Positions 1-9,075 of a stretch of DNA of 51,194 bases are shown piece after piece. The stretch's first letter is position 1. Each line of letters opens with the position of its first letter. The position numbers were made by a program, and so were the translations under genes. The notes under the pieces are model-generated. The model was given only the letters and a program-made list of their open reading frames with translations, was not told the origin of the DNA and did no database searches. The stretch comes from a virus (Duplodnaviria; Caudoviricetes): positions 1-51,194 of the IMG/VR virus record IMGVR_UViG_3300039210_000264, one strand, 5' to 3'.

Positions 1-98
1 CGTACCTGCCGCCAAAGGCTCGAACCGCACCTTTTGTCCCACACCAGTCGCGACAACCACCAACCCCACTAGCGTATATGGCGTGTTATCAGCCAGCA
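1..98. repeat. Terminal overlap, left copy (assembly circularisation)
   Basis: 1-98 is identical to 51096-51193. The next base differs (t99 vs c51194). A reading frame continues across the join. Confidence 0.95.
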
Positions 99-606
99 TA
101 GCGTTCGTAACGAGCGTCACTACGCCAGTGATGTCGGCGGGCCATGACCCGTCGCTTGTGTATTCCAACGCTTGGTTGTTGACAGCCAGCATGTCGTAGC
201 CCGCCCATATTTGCGTTTCTCCACTGAGAGTCACAGGCGAGTTTGTGACGATTACACCCGTGCTTACGCGCGTGAGAATTGTAGCTATGTCGGTCATACC
301 CCCGCTCGCACCATCAAACGGGTCGATGGGCACGATCACATACCGCCCGTCGAATGGATCGGCCAGCGCAGCCGAGGCGTGCAAGGCCAGCTCCCCCAGC
401 GTGCCCCTGTCCGTGGCGTTCCCGGCCAGCGCATACCAGCCGTTGCCCACCTCAGTCACAGCCCCCGCCGCTGCGCCAAAGGCCGCGCCCGACTTTGAGA
501 GGGTGACTGTTGGTGTGAGGCCGCTCTTCCCTGTTACGTGATCCGCCGAGTCAGTCAGGAAGAACAGCATCGGGAACGTAGTAGATGATTGCTTGCGTAG
601 TTCCAT
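1..606 (-). CDS. Virion/tail-associated protein, 5' part; spans the origin and continues in 50976-51095 (~241 aa total)
   Basis: Not in the ORF track. ATG at 606 gives an open frame MELRKQSSTTFPMLFFLTDSADHVTGKSGLTPTVTLSKSGAAF...EVGNGWY... that joins MLADNTPYTLVG...RAKPG*. Ig/BppU-like beta-rich composition. Confidence 0.8.
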   Translation of the reverse strand, partial: MELRKQSSTTFPMLFFLTDSADHVTGKSGLTPTVTLSKSGAAFGAAAGAVTEVGNGWYALAGNATDRGTLGELALHASAALADPFDGRYVIVPIDPFDGASGGMTDIATILTRVSTGVIVTNSPVTLSGETQIWAGYDMLAVNNQALEYTSDGSWPADITGVVTLVTNAMLADNTPYTLVGLVVVATGVGQKVRFEPLAAGT

Positions 607-612
607 CCGTTT

Positions 613-2409
613 CTATATGCCTCCTATAATGCGCGAGCGAGAGATGCCACCACCGCCCTGTACCGCTATTGCTGTCCACAGACTGCCCGTCGCGTTCTTA
701 CCCTCAACCCTCACAATCGCCTGCTGTGCCGTAGCTGATGTGTATGTCAGCGTCAGCGTTTGCCAGTTCGTGTCATCCACCATGACGACTTCGGAGAGAG
801 GCGTCGCGCCGTTTATGTCCGTCGCGGCAAGCAGTTGCGCCTTTGGTGTGGCCGTCATGCCGTTGGTGTCCTTTTTCACGTACACCTTCACCGTGTTTGT
901 GCCCGCCTTGAGCAACAGAGGCAAGTCCACCCACACAGGGCTGTTCACCGCCGACTCGAATATGTACTGCCAGGTGGTAGTTATTGTCGTGCCAGGGGGC
1001 AGCGTTACCGTGTCCGACACGATGCGCCCGCCGCCCATCCACGCCTTGAGTGCACCCGCTACCCCGCCAATGTCAAACAGCCACGCGCCCTGCTGACGGG
1101 TGCCGTTCGCGCCCAGCGCGTAGTTGACGACCTGGGTAGTGGATGAGAGGGACGCGCCGTAGCCGTATACGTTCCCACCATAACCCAAATACACATCAGC
1201 AACTGTATTGCCGGATTGTGTACCATGTAACGTCGCGTTCGTGCAACCGTTCAGGCCGTACGTGTTGCTGCAGGCCGCGTTGTTGTACACGTTCGCGTTA
1301 GTGCAACTGGCCAGGCCCTGGGAGTTGCCGGAGGCCGCGTTGTTGTACACGTTCGCGTTCGTGCAACCGTTCAGGCCGTACGTGTTGCCGCAGGCCGCGT
1401 TGTTGTACACGTTCGCGTTCGTGCAACTGGTCAGGCCGTACGTGTTGCCGCAGGCCGCGTTGTTGTACACGTTCGCGTTAGTGCAAGCGTTCAGGCCGTA
1501 GGTGTTGCCGGAGGCTGCGTTGTTGTACACGTTCGCGTTAGTGCAACCGACCAGGCCTTGGGTGTTGCCGCAGGCCGCGTTGTTGTACACGTTCGCGTTA
1601 GTGCAACTGGCCAGGCCTTGGGTGTTGCCGCAGGCCGCGTTGTTGTACACGTTCGCGTTCGTGCAAGCGCTCAGGCCGTAGGCGTTGCCCGACACCTCGG
1701 CCTGTATGTCATGCCGGAGTGCGGTATTTGTGTTCGTGCCTATGAACACATACCCGTTGACCGTGTTGCCGGACGAAAATCGCACGTTGCTAGTCTGGAG
1801 GAGGATGCGTGCCCCCACAGCCTTAGCCGTTGTGAGGCCCGCCGTGAGTGTGATCTGCGTAGCGGAAATAGCGGAAATAACCCGCGTCTCAGTCGCGCCC
1901 GAATATGGGTAGTTCCAGATGAGGACAGTGTCGCCCACAGCCCACAGGTCGGTAGTTACGTCCGCGTCCACCGTAAGCACAGTCGCCCCCACGCCTGCCA
2001 GTACAGTCGTATGCAGCACGGGCACTGCGGGCACAGCGCTCCACACCGACACCCAGAGGTTAGTAACATTAACGTGGAACGTTGAGTTGAGATTGAAGAA
2101 CGTTTTAGCGGCGTAGGGTATGGGCACAGCTTGCGTACCGGCCAGCAGTTGCGCCATAGCCCCCGTACCGGACGTGCTACCCTGTATGTCCGCGCTCGCT
2201 TTGAGTTGGTATACGCCTGGCGTCGTGCTGACCTGGAGCGTCCCGCCCTTCCAGATGGTGACAGCCACACCCGTTACAAAAGCTGATTGGTTTACGTCAA
2301 AGGTGACGGTGTGCGCGATGATTACCAAGTCCGTGTCAACAGGCACCCCTAAGTCCCAGGTGCCTGGCGCACTCCAGAGGCCGTTAGCTACTGATGTTTT
2401 AGTTGCCAC
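613..2409 (-). CDS. Tail spike/receptor-binding-like protein: G8-like N-terminus, parallel beta-helix repeats, CBM-like C-terminus
   Basis: N-terminal SVANGLWSAPGTW..VP..VIIAHTVTFD (G8-like); 20-aa repeats CTNANVYNNAACGNTYGL; located downstream of the tail tip gene. Confidence 0.7.
   Translation of the reverse strand: MATKTSVANGLWSAPGTWDLGVPVDTDLVIIAHTVTFDVNQSAFVTGVAVTIWKGGTLQVSTTPGVYQLKASADIQGSTSGTGAMAQLLAGTQAVPIPYAAKTFFNLNSTFHVNVTNLWVSVWSAVPAVPVLHTTVLAGVGATVLTVDADVTTDLWAVGDTVLIWNYPYSGATETRVISAISATQITLTAGLTTAKAVGARILLQTSNVRFSSGNTVNGYVFIGTNTNTALRHDIQAEVSGNAYGLSACTNANVYNNAACGNTQGLASCTNANVYNNAACGNTQGLVGCTNANVYNNAASGNTYGLNACTNANVYNNAACGNTYGLTSCTNANVYNNAACGNTYGLNGCTNANVYNNAASGNSQGLASCTNANVYNNAACSNTYGLNGCTNATLHGTQSGNTVADVYLGYGGNVYGYGASLSSTTQVVNYALGANGTRQQGAWLFDIGGVAGALKAWMGGGRIVSDTVTLPPGTTITTTWQYIFESAVNSPVWVDLPLLLKAGTNTVKVYVKKDTNGMTATPKAQLLAATDINGATPLSEVVMVDDTNWQTLTLTYTSATAQQAIVRVEGKNATGSLWTAIAVQGGGGISRSRIIGGI
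1232..1689. repeat. Coding 60-bp tandem repeat, ~7.6 units
   Basis: Lines 1261-1680 are near-identical 60-mers (gtgttgccgcaggccgcgttgttgtacacgttcgcgtt...). Confidence 0.97.
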
Positions 2410-2659
2410 GGAACACCTCCGTCATACCCAACAATCTGGCAAGCAGAGGTGAGTTGTCCAGCACCGCCCGCCTTTGCTCATCAGGCATGGTAGGCCACGC
2501 ATCCTGTAGCGGCGCAAGCCAGCCGTCTACCCTGTCCAGTGCTGCAAGCATGGCTGTGCGCTGTCCTGTATTCAGCTTGATTGTGCGGCGTTGCCTCTGG
2601 CGTGCGGGGCGTGTGCCCGCCCCAACCGCCTGAGCCTGCTTACTGGATGATTGTGCCAT
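2399..2659 (-). CDS. Hypothetical protein (tail region)
   Basis: 86-aa ORF overlapping both neighbours in operon fashion. Confidence 0.65.
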   Translation of the reverse strand: MAQSSSKQAQAVGAGTRPARQRQRRTIKLNTGQRTAMLAALDRVDGWLAPLQDAWPTMPDEQRRAVLDNSPLLARLLGMTEVFRGN

Positions 2660-2849
2660 TCTCGGCCTCCACTACCCACGCGCTGAGAAGGTTGTCAATG
2701 TAGTCCACCTCTAGCGCGTCCACAGCCGCCTGAGTGTCGTCCGGCTGGGAGAGGAAGTGCCAGATGTGCCTCTCCCCATGCGAATTGTTGAGGTCTGTCA
2801 CTACATCGTAGCCGTCACATGTTGTGCTCTCTTCTATGATCGTTGCCAT
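2640..2849 (-). CDS. Small acidic hypothetical protein (possible tail fibre chaperone)
   Basis: Start reassigned to MATIIEES behind a tandem AGGAG RBS (taggagtaggagtagg). Confidence 0.65.
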   Translation of the reverse strand: MATIIEESTTCDGYDVVTDLNNSHGERHIWHFLSQPDDTQAAVDALEVDYIDNLLSAWVVEAENGTIIQ

Positions 2850-2875
2850 TTTGCCTACTCCTACTCCTACCTCTG

Positions 2876-3370
2876 CTAAGGTTTTTGGTTGGCCGGAGTT
2901 GACAATCCGGACGTGCTCACAAAGATGTTGGGCGTAGCCACATGAGCCGTTGCTCCTGCTTCCTGTTGCAGCCACAGTTGCAGAGGAAAACCTATTGTGC
3001 CGCCCCCCACGCCCGTCAGCGTATGGATGCAGGCCCACGTATAGGTTGAGTAATGGAATGTCACAGGATCGCCCGCCTCTGGGTACGTCAACGCCCACAC
3101 CCCGTCCCCTATGAGATTGGCGCAAGCCATAAAGTCAACCTGGTTGCTCTGCTTGACGTACCTCAGATCAAGGATGGGCGCGCCCGAAGCGTCGTATACC
3201 TCGGTGCTGGTAGGCACGTATATAGGCACGTAGTTTGTGAACGTGCTAGGACTGTTTGCAGCCCCTACTGGATTGCTCAGAGCTATACCTCTCCCCAACA
3301 GAGCTATACCGGCCCCCAACAGAGCCACCAACACCCACCAGAACAGCAACAGTAAGAGTCTTATTTTCAA
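2876..3370 (-). CDS. Membrane-anchored/secreted hypothetical protein
   Basis: TTG start after GGAGG; N-terminal hydrophobic stretch KIRLLLLLFWWVLVALLGAGIALL. Confidence 0.6.
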   Translation of the reverse strand: MKIRLLLLLFWWVLVALLGAGIALLGRGIALSNPVGAANSPSTFTNYVPIYVPTSTEVYDASGAPILDLRYVKQSNQVDFMACANLIGDGVWALTYPEAGDPVTFHYSTYTWACIHTLTGVGGGTIGFPLQLWLQQEAGATAHVATPNIFVSTSGLSTPANQKP

Positions 3371-3387
3371 GTGAACCTCCATTTGTC

Positions 3388-6300
3388 TTAAGCATACACC
3401 AAACGCCCCCATATTACGGGAGTGCATCGTAGATTGCCTGGCGTACCTGTCTTGACTACCTGAAACTCTAATGCCAGGTCGGTTGTGGCAGGCTGCGCGT
3501 TGATGGTTGTTACCTCCGACCTTGTCCATGTAGTAGCCGCCCATGCCGCCGTTGTCTGAGGTGTGGTCTGGACGTTCACAAATCCTGGCAGCGTTCTTAT
3601 GACTAGCGTCCAATTTGACAGCGCATTATTGGTACCGTTCACATAACCTATAAAACTCATGCGGGTAATGAAGAACGGGTAGTCGGCTCGTAGGGCTGCG
3701 TACTGCACTTCCTGTGTAGCCGCGCTATCGAACACCGCGCCCACGTAGTACGACCAGGGCAGCGTGATTTCAGGCCCAAGCCAGCGCGTGCCGTCACTCT
3801 CCAAAATGAGGCCACTCTGTCCGATGATGTCCCAGCCCACGCCGTTGCTGATGATGATGACGGACTGGTACTTCTCTACTAGCGGGTAGGTCAACAACCC
3901 ATCTATAGTCTCGGATGCGTTTGCATCAATTGTTACTTTGCCTGTATTTAGCTGTTTGAACTCATAGACACGCCCAGGGCAGCCCGCTGCTGCTGGTAAA
4001 GTCGCTGTGAAGGCCGAGGCCGAGTTGCATCGGTACTCGAATATGGTGGCGTCTGCGGTGAACGCGCCTGTTATTGTGGAGATACCACTGGCCCTGATCG
4101 CGTTAGAGAGTGTGGTTTCGCCCGCAACTGACAAAACGCCACTCACAGCAGACGGCCCGTTGAGTGCGATGTTGCTGCCTGATGCTGGTGTAATGTTTAC
4201 TACGCCCGCAGAGAAGTCTATACTTCCGCCTGTGTCTCCTGTTCCACTGTTAGTAGAACCTTGAATGACGCGGGGAAATATAGTACCGCCAGCTTCGTCC
4301 ATGCGTATTACGTCAACTTGAAATGTGCCTACGCCAGACGCTACCACTAGCTTGAAGTATGGTGCTGTATACGCGGTATTTGCGGGGAACGCGCCGTCGT
4401 CTATGAACCCACGCTGTAGGAGTTGAGTACCAGCCACCCACGCTAGAGAGCCGCCACCAGGCTTCACGGCTACAACGTCTGAAATGTATGCGCGACTTCT
4501 GTCGTAGCACGCCACCCCGAACGTCGGTGTTAGACCAGTTAGTGTTGAAAGAAGGTATCGGAAAGACAGGTCTATTCCCACCCCCTTGCCTAACGCCCAC
4601 GGAACCAGTGGCCCCTGAAATCTATGAGTAGCTACAGTGCTCCCCAATTTGACGAAACACTTACCCTCTGTCCAACCGCTAGTTGTGTCGTAGACCAATA
4701 CTCCTAAATTGTTGTAGTCCCAAGCAGCAGGCATTGTCCCCGCGAGGTTGGGTATTTCGAGTGAGCCGTTTTCTGGCACGCCGCCGCCGTTGTCGATTGC
4801 TCCAGGCTTGATCGCCGCCAGTTGTATTGCAGCCGGGCCTACACTGGCAGCCGCGTACTGGTTGGTTTGTATCTGCCGCACAAAGTCTGGCCAAGCGAAC
4901 CACACCGTACCAGTTGTAATCCCACCGGCGGTTGCCGAGTAAATCAGGGAGAAGCGCATCGCCAGCGCGGGCATGGTGATCTTCGCGTCAAGCGCCCGGT
5001 CAGGGAATGTAGTAGCCGTTATGCCCGTGAATACAGGCAAGCGCGCACCCACAGCGGTCGTGCCGTCCTGCTGGTACGGCTGTATGTACATATTGCCGAC
5101 CCCGCCCGAAGCAATCTTGGCAGCGCCCAGCGCGTCAAGAACCTCGGTGGGCGAGCAGTAATACTGAGGCGACTCGATCTCTTTCACGCCGGAAGGCGGC
5201 ACAACCACTTTGAGAGACGACAGCCCTGAGAACGGCGGGACCGTAGCATCCACAGAGAAGTCGCCGATGACGGCGGGCGAGATTGGTGTCCAGCCAGCTA
5301 TCGTCAGGTTATCGTCCGAGTCGCTGTTATCGAAGCCGCCAGGCGATAAGTTGTAGGTGGGCTTCTTACCCATAGGGTGCGCGACGGTTGCGCAGTATGG
5401 CGACTCCTGACCGTATTGGTCTATCACCATCGCCGATACCATGTAGGTTTGGCCCATCATCACGTTGTCAACTACTATGGGTACGACGGTAGGCCAGGGC
5501 GAGCCGGGAGGTATCGGTATGGCTCTGATCGGCCCTATCGGCGGTTGCACTGCCACAAACCCACCCTGATTATTGGCTAAGGCCGCATGGCCGACGGGAA
5601 CCAGCATCCAGTAGCTCCCCGGCCCGTGTATACCGTCAGTAATCGTGCCGAGCGTTGGCTCTGCGGGTGTGGCAGGTCTTGCCGCCGCTGTGCCTGTTAT
5701 AGTAGCCGCCGCCCCGTCTATACCATAGCCATCAATCGCGTTGACATTCAGGGTGTATGCCACCCCAGGTGTCATAATGAGGTTGGCGGACAAGGCTAGA
5801 CCCACATGATAAGTGCTTTGTACCCCATCCTGCGTTTTTACTAATCTATATCCAGTGATCCCCAATGAGTTGGGGTCAGACGGAGCCACCCAACTAAACC
5901 CGACCACGGCGTAATTATTTCTCCAGTCGTATACGTTTCCGGTCTCGGTTAGAGAGGTCGGGGGGCCCAGTAAGGGTATGGCCGGCGTCGTGAACTGCAA
6001 CGCCGGAGATGTGTAGTCGGACTGGTTGCGGTTCCAGTCCTCCATCTTCGCTCGCACCAGGTACGCTGTCGCGGGCTCAAGCCCTCCTACGCTGCCCCGA
6101 CCGGTCTGTGCAGGCAGCCTGTATACGTTCCCAGGTGGCCCACCGACGAGTGAAATGAGCAGGTATATCCAGCGCGCGTCATCCCTCGGCGGATCCCACG
6201 AAAAGTTCTCCGAGACCGTATTCGCACCGTCCCGGCTCCCCGCGCTCGCAGCCAGGCCCGTCGGCTTCGCGGGTGCTGTCCGATCCTCTAGCTGAGGCTG

Positions 6301-9075
6301 GAGCAGCAGCCCTAGCGGTTCCTCGTCCCCCCACTCGATGTCCGCCTCCCCCAATTCGAGCGAGTACAAAACCGTCGTCGCCTTCAGCTTGCGCTGCATG
6401 GTAGCGATCACCAAACGCACGTTCTGCCAGCCCAGCTTATCGGAGTTGATGAGCGCGACCCGCCCGTTCGTATACTCTTGCAATGTATCGAGGCTCACCG
6501 TTTGGCGTGGCTGACCGTGCCTGCCCACTATCGCATCCCCCAGCGCCTGCCTCTTGACCCGCGTATCGAGGTCGTCCCGCTTCACCATGTCCTTATCAGG
6601 CTTCGGCCCCCACTTCGCCACGCTCGCGGCGGAGGTCACTATCGTGTACGATAGCAGCTTGATGGTCACATTCGAAAGCGTCGCCCCCTGGTTGTAGACC
6701 GCCCCCTGCGCGTAGAACGGCACGCTGGCCGAGGGAGAGGGGTGGCCGCTCGACAGGAACTTCTGCTGGTCGTTGATGAAGTACCGCACCTCGTACGTGA
6801 CCGTGCCATCGTGCGCGACCACCGGCCTCACGGCGACCTTGAACCTGTCCCCCTCCGCGTAGGAGTAAGCGCTGCCCACCAACGTGCCCAGCTCTACCGA
6901 TTGTACCTGACGTGGGGATGCGCTGATGAGCCAGCCGAACGCAATCTGGTTGTAGTGTGTGATCGTGTTCGCCGTGCCGGTGCCGAACGCCATATCCAAA
7001 TAGGTCTGCCACACCGAGAAATCGTCGAACCGGGGAGTGAGAGATGATGCCGTGCCGATGCCGTGCTTGGTGGCCGCCTGGTTGAATGCGTCCGTGACAG
7101 TAGCGAACGGCCCGCCCGCGTTCCTGTAGAACTTGATCACATTCGCCTCTAGCGACACCTTGATCACATCCCCGTTGGCAGGCGTGACCGAATAAGTCGC
7201 CATCAGCGTCTCGACGCCCGCCACCCGCTTGTAGATCTTGTAGGCCGTCAGCTGAGCCTCCACGTACCACAGGTTGTTCGCGTCGCTTATCCTGAACGCC
7301 AGCCTCGTGCCCACGCCCGCTATTATGGCGAACGTGGCCTGCACAATTGCAGTGGACACCCCCGAATCTATCAACGCATACGACGGCCCCGTGCCGCCCT
7401 GTGGCCCCGCCTGGTTGCTCGCCACGCCCCACACCGCGCCCGTGCCCAGGACAGCCCACGCCTGGCCCGACTCCGCGACCCCTAGCGTGCCCAGGTTATC
7501 GGGCCGGTTGTAGCCATCCTGCACCTTCCACACCTGCTCTGCGCTGGCCGTCACCGACCCGCCGTCCTCTGTGATCGCCTGCTTGCTCGTGGCTCCCGCG
7601 TCCCAGGCGTTCGTGGTCGCCGTCTTCGTCAGGTCGCCATCCGACCCCCCCGTCACTCCCGTCTCGTTCTGCCAGCCCACCGGTTGCGGTTCGCTCCCCG
7701 GCCCCGCTATCGTCACGATGTTGATCATCGCCGACCGATCCGTGCCCACCTTCAGTTTCCAGTACCGCGCGCCTACCGCCCACACCCCGAAGTCGTCCCA
7801 CTTCGCGCCCACAGCTGCGTTCGTCCCTATCCCGTGCAGCGTGGCCGCCTGGTTGAAGCTGTCAGTATACGTGCCCTTCAGCACCGAGTTTATGTAAACC
7901 TGAATAGTGCTACCCGCGAGCGTCACCTTGATTCTGTGCCCGTTTGCCGGTGTTATCAGGATGGTGCCCAGAGTGGTGTAGCTCCCGGCCTGGTACCTCC
8001 GCACAAGGTAATTCGTGCCGCCGTTGTTCTCGACGACGAACCCCTCCCACTTGTACCCGGTCGCCGGGAGTGAGCTGATCCTGAACGCCAGCCTCTGCCC
8101 GTTCGCTATCGTGTCGAACGTGGCGCTCACATCCCCATCGGCCACGTAGCCCGTTAGCACGGCTATATCCTCGCCCACATGAGCCGCCAGGTACGCGCGA
8201 TTACTGCCGTCTATGCCCCACGTGCCGAGCAGCGCGGCCCACACCTGCCCCGTGTCCGACGTGCCTATCGCGGTCGCGCTCGCCGCCCTTCCAAAGCCGT
8301 CGTAGGCGTAATAAGCGTGGCCGTCCGGCCTGTCTGTGAGGGGAATAGGCTCCTGTGCAGCCAGCAGCCCGGAGTAGTAGTGCAACACCCGGAGCATGGC
8401 CGCAGCGCCCCCCACGCCCGGATTGTAGGGGTCGTTCCACTCGCAGCTTACGAACCACCGCCTGGCGGTCACTTTGTACCCCACGTCTGAAGGTTGCCCT
8501 GGATCGGCTGCCAGATCGGCCAGGATGTAGCCTAGGCTCTTGAGGTCGTAGTCGTTATGCGACCCGGCTTCGTACGTGATGAAAGGCCCGCCCACCTGCG
8601 ACACGGTGTCCCACGTGCCACTCAAGCCGAACTGAGCCACAGCAGCATCCAGCAGTGCGGTCACTCGCGCCGAGTCGTTGCCTATAGTCGCCTGATAGAA
8701 CGCCATGTGCGGGATGATGAGGTTGAAATCCTCCTCCGGGCCGTCGCACTCCACCCTGGAGTGCTTGTTCTCCGGCACGGGAGAGGGGAACACGGCGCTG
8801 ATCCTACCACCGAAATAATATTTGTTGAGCAGTGGGTTGCCGGTGTTTTCGTCGAGGTAAAGCACCTCCATCCCTGGGCGTGGCTCTATCGGGATGGGTA
8901 AGCCGTCGCGCTCGCTCCACACCTCCGCCATGTCGAGGCGCTGCCACTGCCCGTAGGCGTGCGCCTTCTCGCTGACGGTCTCTTTCCCCTGCACCAGCTT
9001 GGGCACCCACCAACTGACGTTGTACCAGGCGGGCGATGGTTGGTTGATGTCGCCAAACCATATTTGCCGGCTCAT
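3388..9075 (-). CDS. Large tail tip/central fibre protein (Tal-like hub, two lectin-like inserts, FN3 domains, CBM-like domains, fibre-type C-terminus)
   Basis: 1895 aa directly after the tape measure gene. FN3 signatures (PAKPTGL..FSWDPP..GLEPATAYLVR..DWNRNQS); duplicated ~140-aa domain ending (W/F)DDF; C-terminal TATLPAAAG..GRVYEFK..VTIDANASETIDG. Confidence 0.85.
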   Translation of the reverse strand: MSRQIWFGDINQPSPAWYNVSWWVPKLVQGKETVSEKAHAYGQWQRLDMAEVWSERDGLPIPIEPRPGMEVLYLDENTGNPLLNKYYFGGRISAVFPSPVPENKHSRVECDGPEEDFNLIIPHMAFYQATIGNDSARVTALLDAAVAQFGLSGTWDTVSQVGGPFITYEAGSHNDYDLKSLGYILADLAADPGQPSDVGYKVTARRWFVSCEWNDPYNPGVGGAAAMLRVLHYYSGLLAAQEPIPLTDRPDGHAYYAYDGFGRAASATAIGTSDTGQVWAALLGTWGIDGSNRAYLAAHVGEDIAVLTGYVADGDVSATFDTIANGQRLAFRISSLPATGYKWEGFVVENNGGTNYLVRRYQAGSYTTLGTILITPANGHRIKVTLAGSTIQVYINSVLKGTYTDSFNQAATLHGIGTNAAVGAKWDDFGVWAVGARYWKLKVGTDRSAMINIVTIAGPGSEPQPVGWQNETGVTGGSDGDLTKTATTNAWDAGATSKQAITEDGGSVTASAEQVWKVQDGYNRPDNLGTLGVAESGQAWAVLGTGAVWGVASNQAGPQGGTGPSYALIDSGVSTAIVQATFAIIAGVGTRLAFRISDANNLWYVEAQLTAYKIYKRVAGVETLMATYSVTPANGDVIKVSLEANVIKFYRNAGGPFATVTDAFNQAATKHGIGTASSLTPRFDDFSVWQTYLDMAFGTGTANTITHYNQIAFGWLISASPRQVQSVELGTLVGSAYSYAEGDRFKVAVRPVVAHDGTVTYEVRYFINDQQKFLSSGHPSPSASVPFYAQGAVYNQGATLSNVTIKLLSYTIVTSAASVAKWGPKPDKDMVKRDDLDTRVKRQALGDAIVGRHGQPRQTVSLDTLQEYTNGRVALINSDKLGWQNVRLVIATMQRKLKATTVLYSLELGEADIEWGDEEPLGLLLQPQLEDRTAPAKPTGLAASAGSRDGANTVSENFSWDPPRDDARWIYLLISLVGGPPGNVYRLPAQTGRGSVGGLEPATAYLVRAKMEDWNRNQSDYTSPALQFTTPAIPLLGPPTSLTETGNVYDWRNNYAVVGFSWVAPSDPNSLGITGYRLVKTQDGVQSTYHVGLALSANLIMTPGVAYTLNVNAIDGYGIDGAAATITGTAAARPATPAEPTLGTITDGIHGPGSYWMLVPVGHAALANNQGGFVAVQPPIGPIRAIPIPPGSPWPTVVPIVVDNVMMGQTYMVSAMVIDQYGQESPYCATVAHPMGKKPTYNLSPGGFDNSDSDDNLTIAGWTPISPAVIGDFSVDATVPPFSGLSSLKVVVPPSGVKEIESPQYYCSPTEVLDALGAAKIASGGVGNMYIQPYQQDGTTAVGARLPVFTGITATTFPDRALDAKITMPALAMRFSLIYSATAGGITTGTVWFAWPDFVRQIQTNQYAAASVGPAAIQLAAIKPGAIDNGGGVPENGSLEIPNLAGTMPAAWDYNNLGVLVYDTTSGWTEGKCFVKLGSTVATHRFQGPLVPWALGKGVGIDLSFRYLLSTLTGLTPTFGVACYDRSRAYISDVVAVKPGGGSLAWVAGTQLLQRGFIDDGAFPANTAYTAPYFKLVVASGVGTFQVDVIRMDEAGGTIFPRVIQGSTNSGTGDTGGSIDFSAGVVNITPASGSNIALNGPSAVSGVLSVAGETTLSNAIRASGISTITGAFTADATIFEYRCNSASAFTATLPAAAGCPGRVYEFKQLNTGKVTIDANASETIDGLLTYPLVEKYQSVIIISNGVGWDIIGQSGLILESDGTRWLGPEITLPWSYYVGAVFDSAATQEVQYAALRADYPFFITRMSFIGYVNGTNNALSNWTLVIRTLPGFVNVQTTPQTTAAWAATTWTRSEVTTINAQPATTDLALEFQVVKTGTPGNLRCTPVIWGRLVYA

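Noticed and set aside
1-98. Biological terminal repeat of the virion DNA
   Set aside because: It falls inside a gene far from the terminase and has k-mer-like length, so it is an assembly overlap.
1232-1689. Diversity-generating retroelement (AAC-rich repeats in a tail gene)
   Set aside because: No reverse transcriptase or separate template repeat; the AAC codons are mostly the invariant ones and differences are not adenine-specific.
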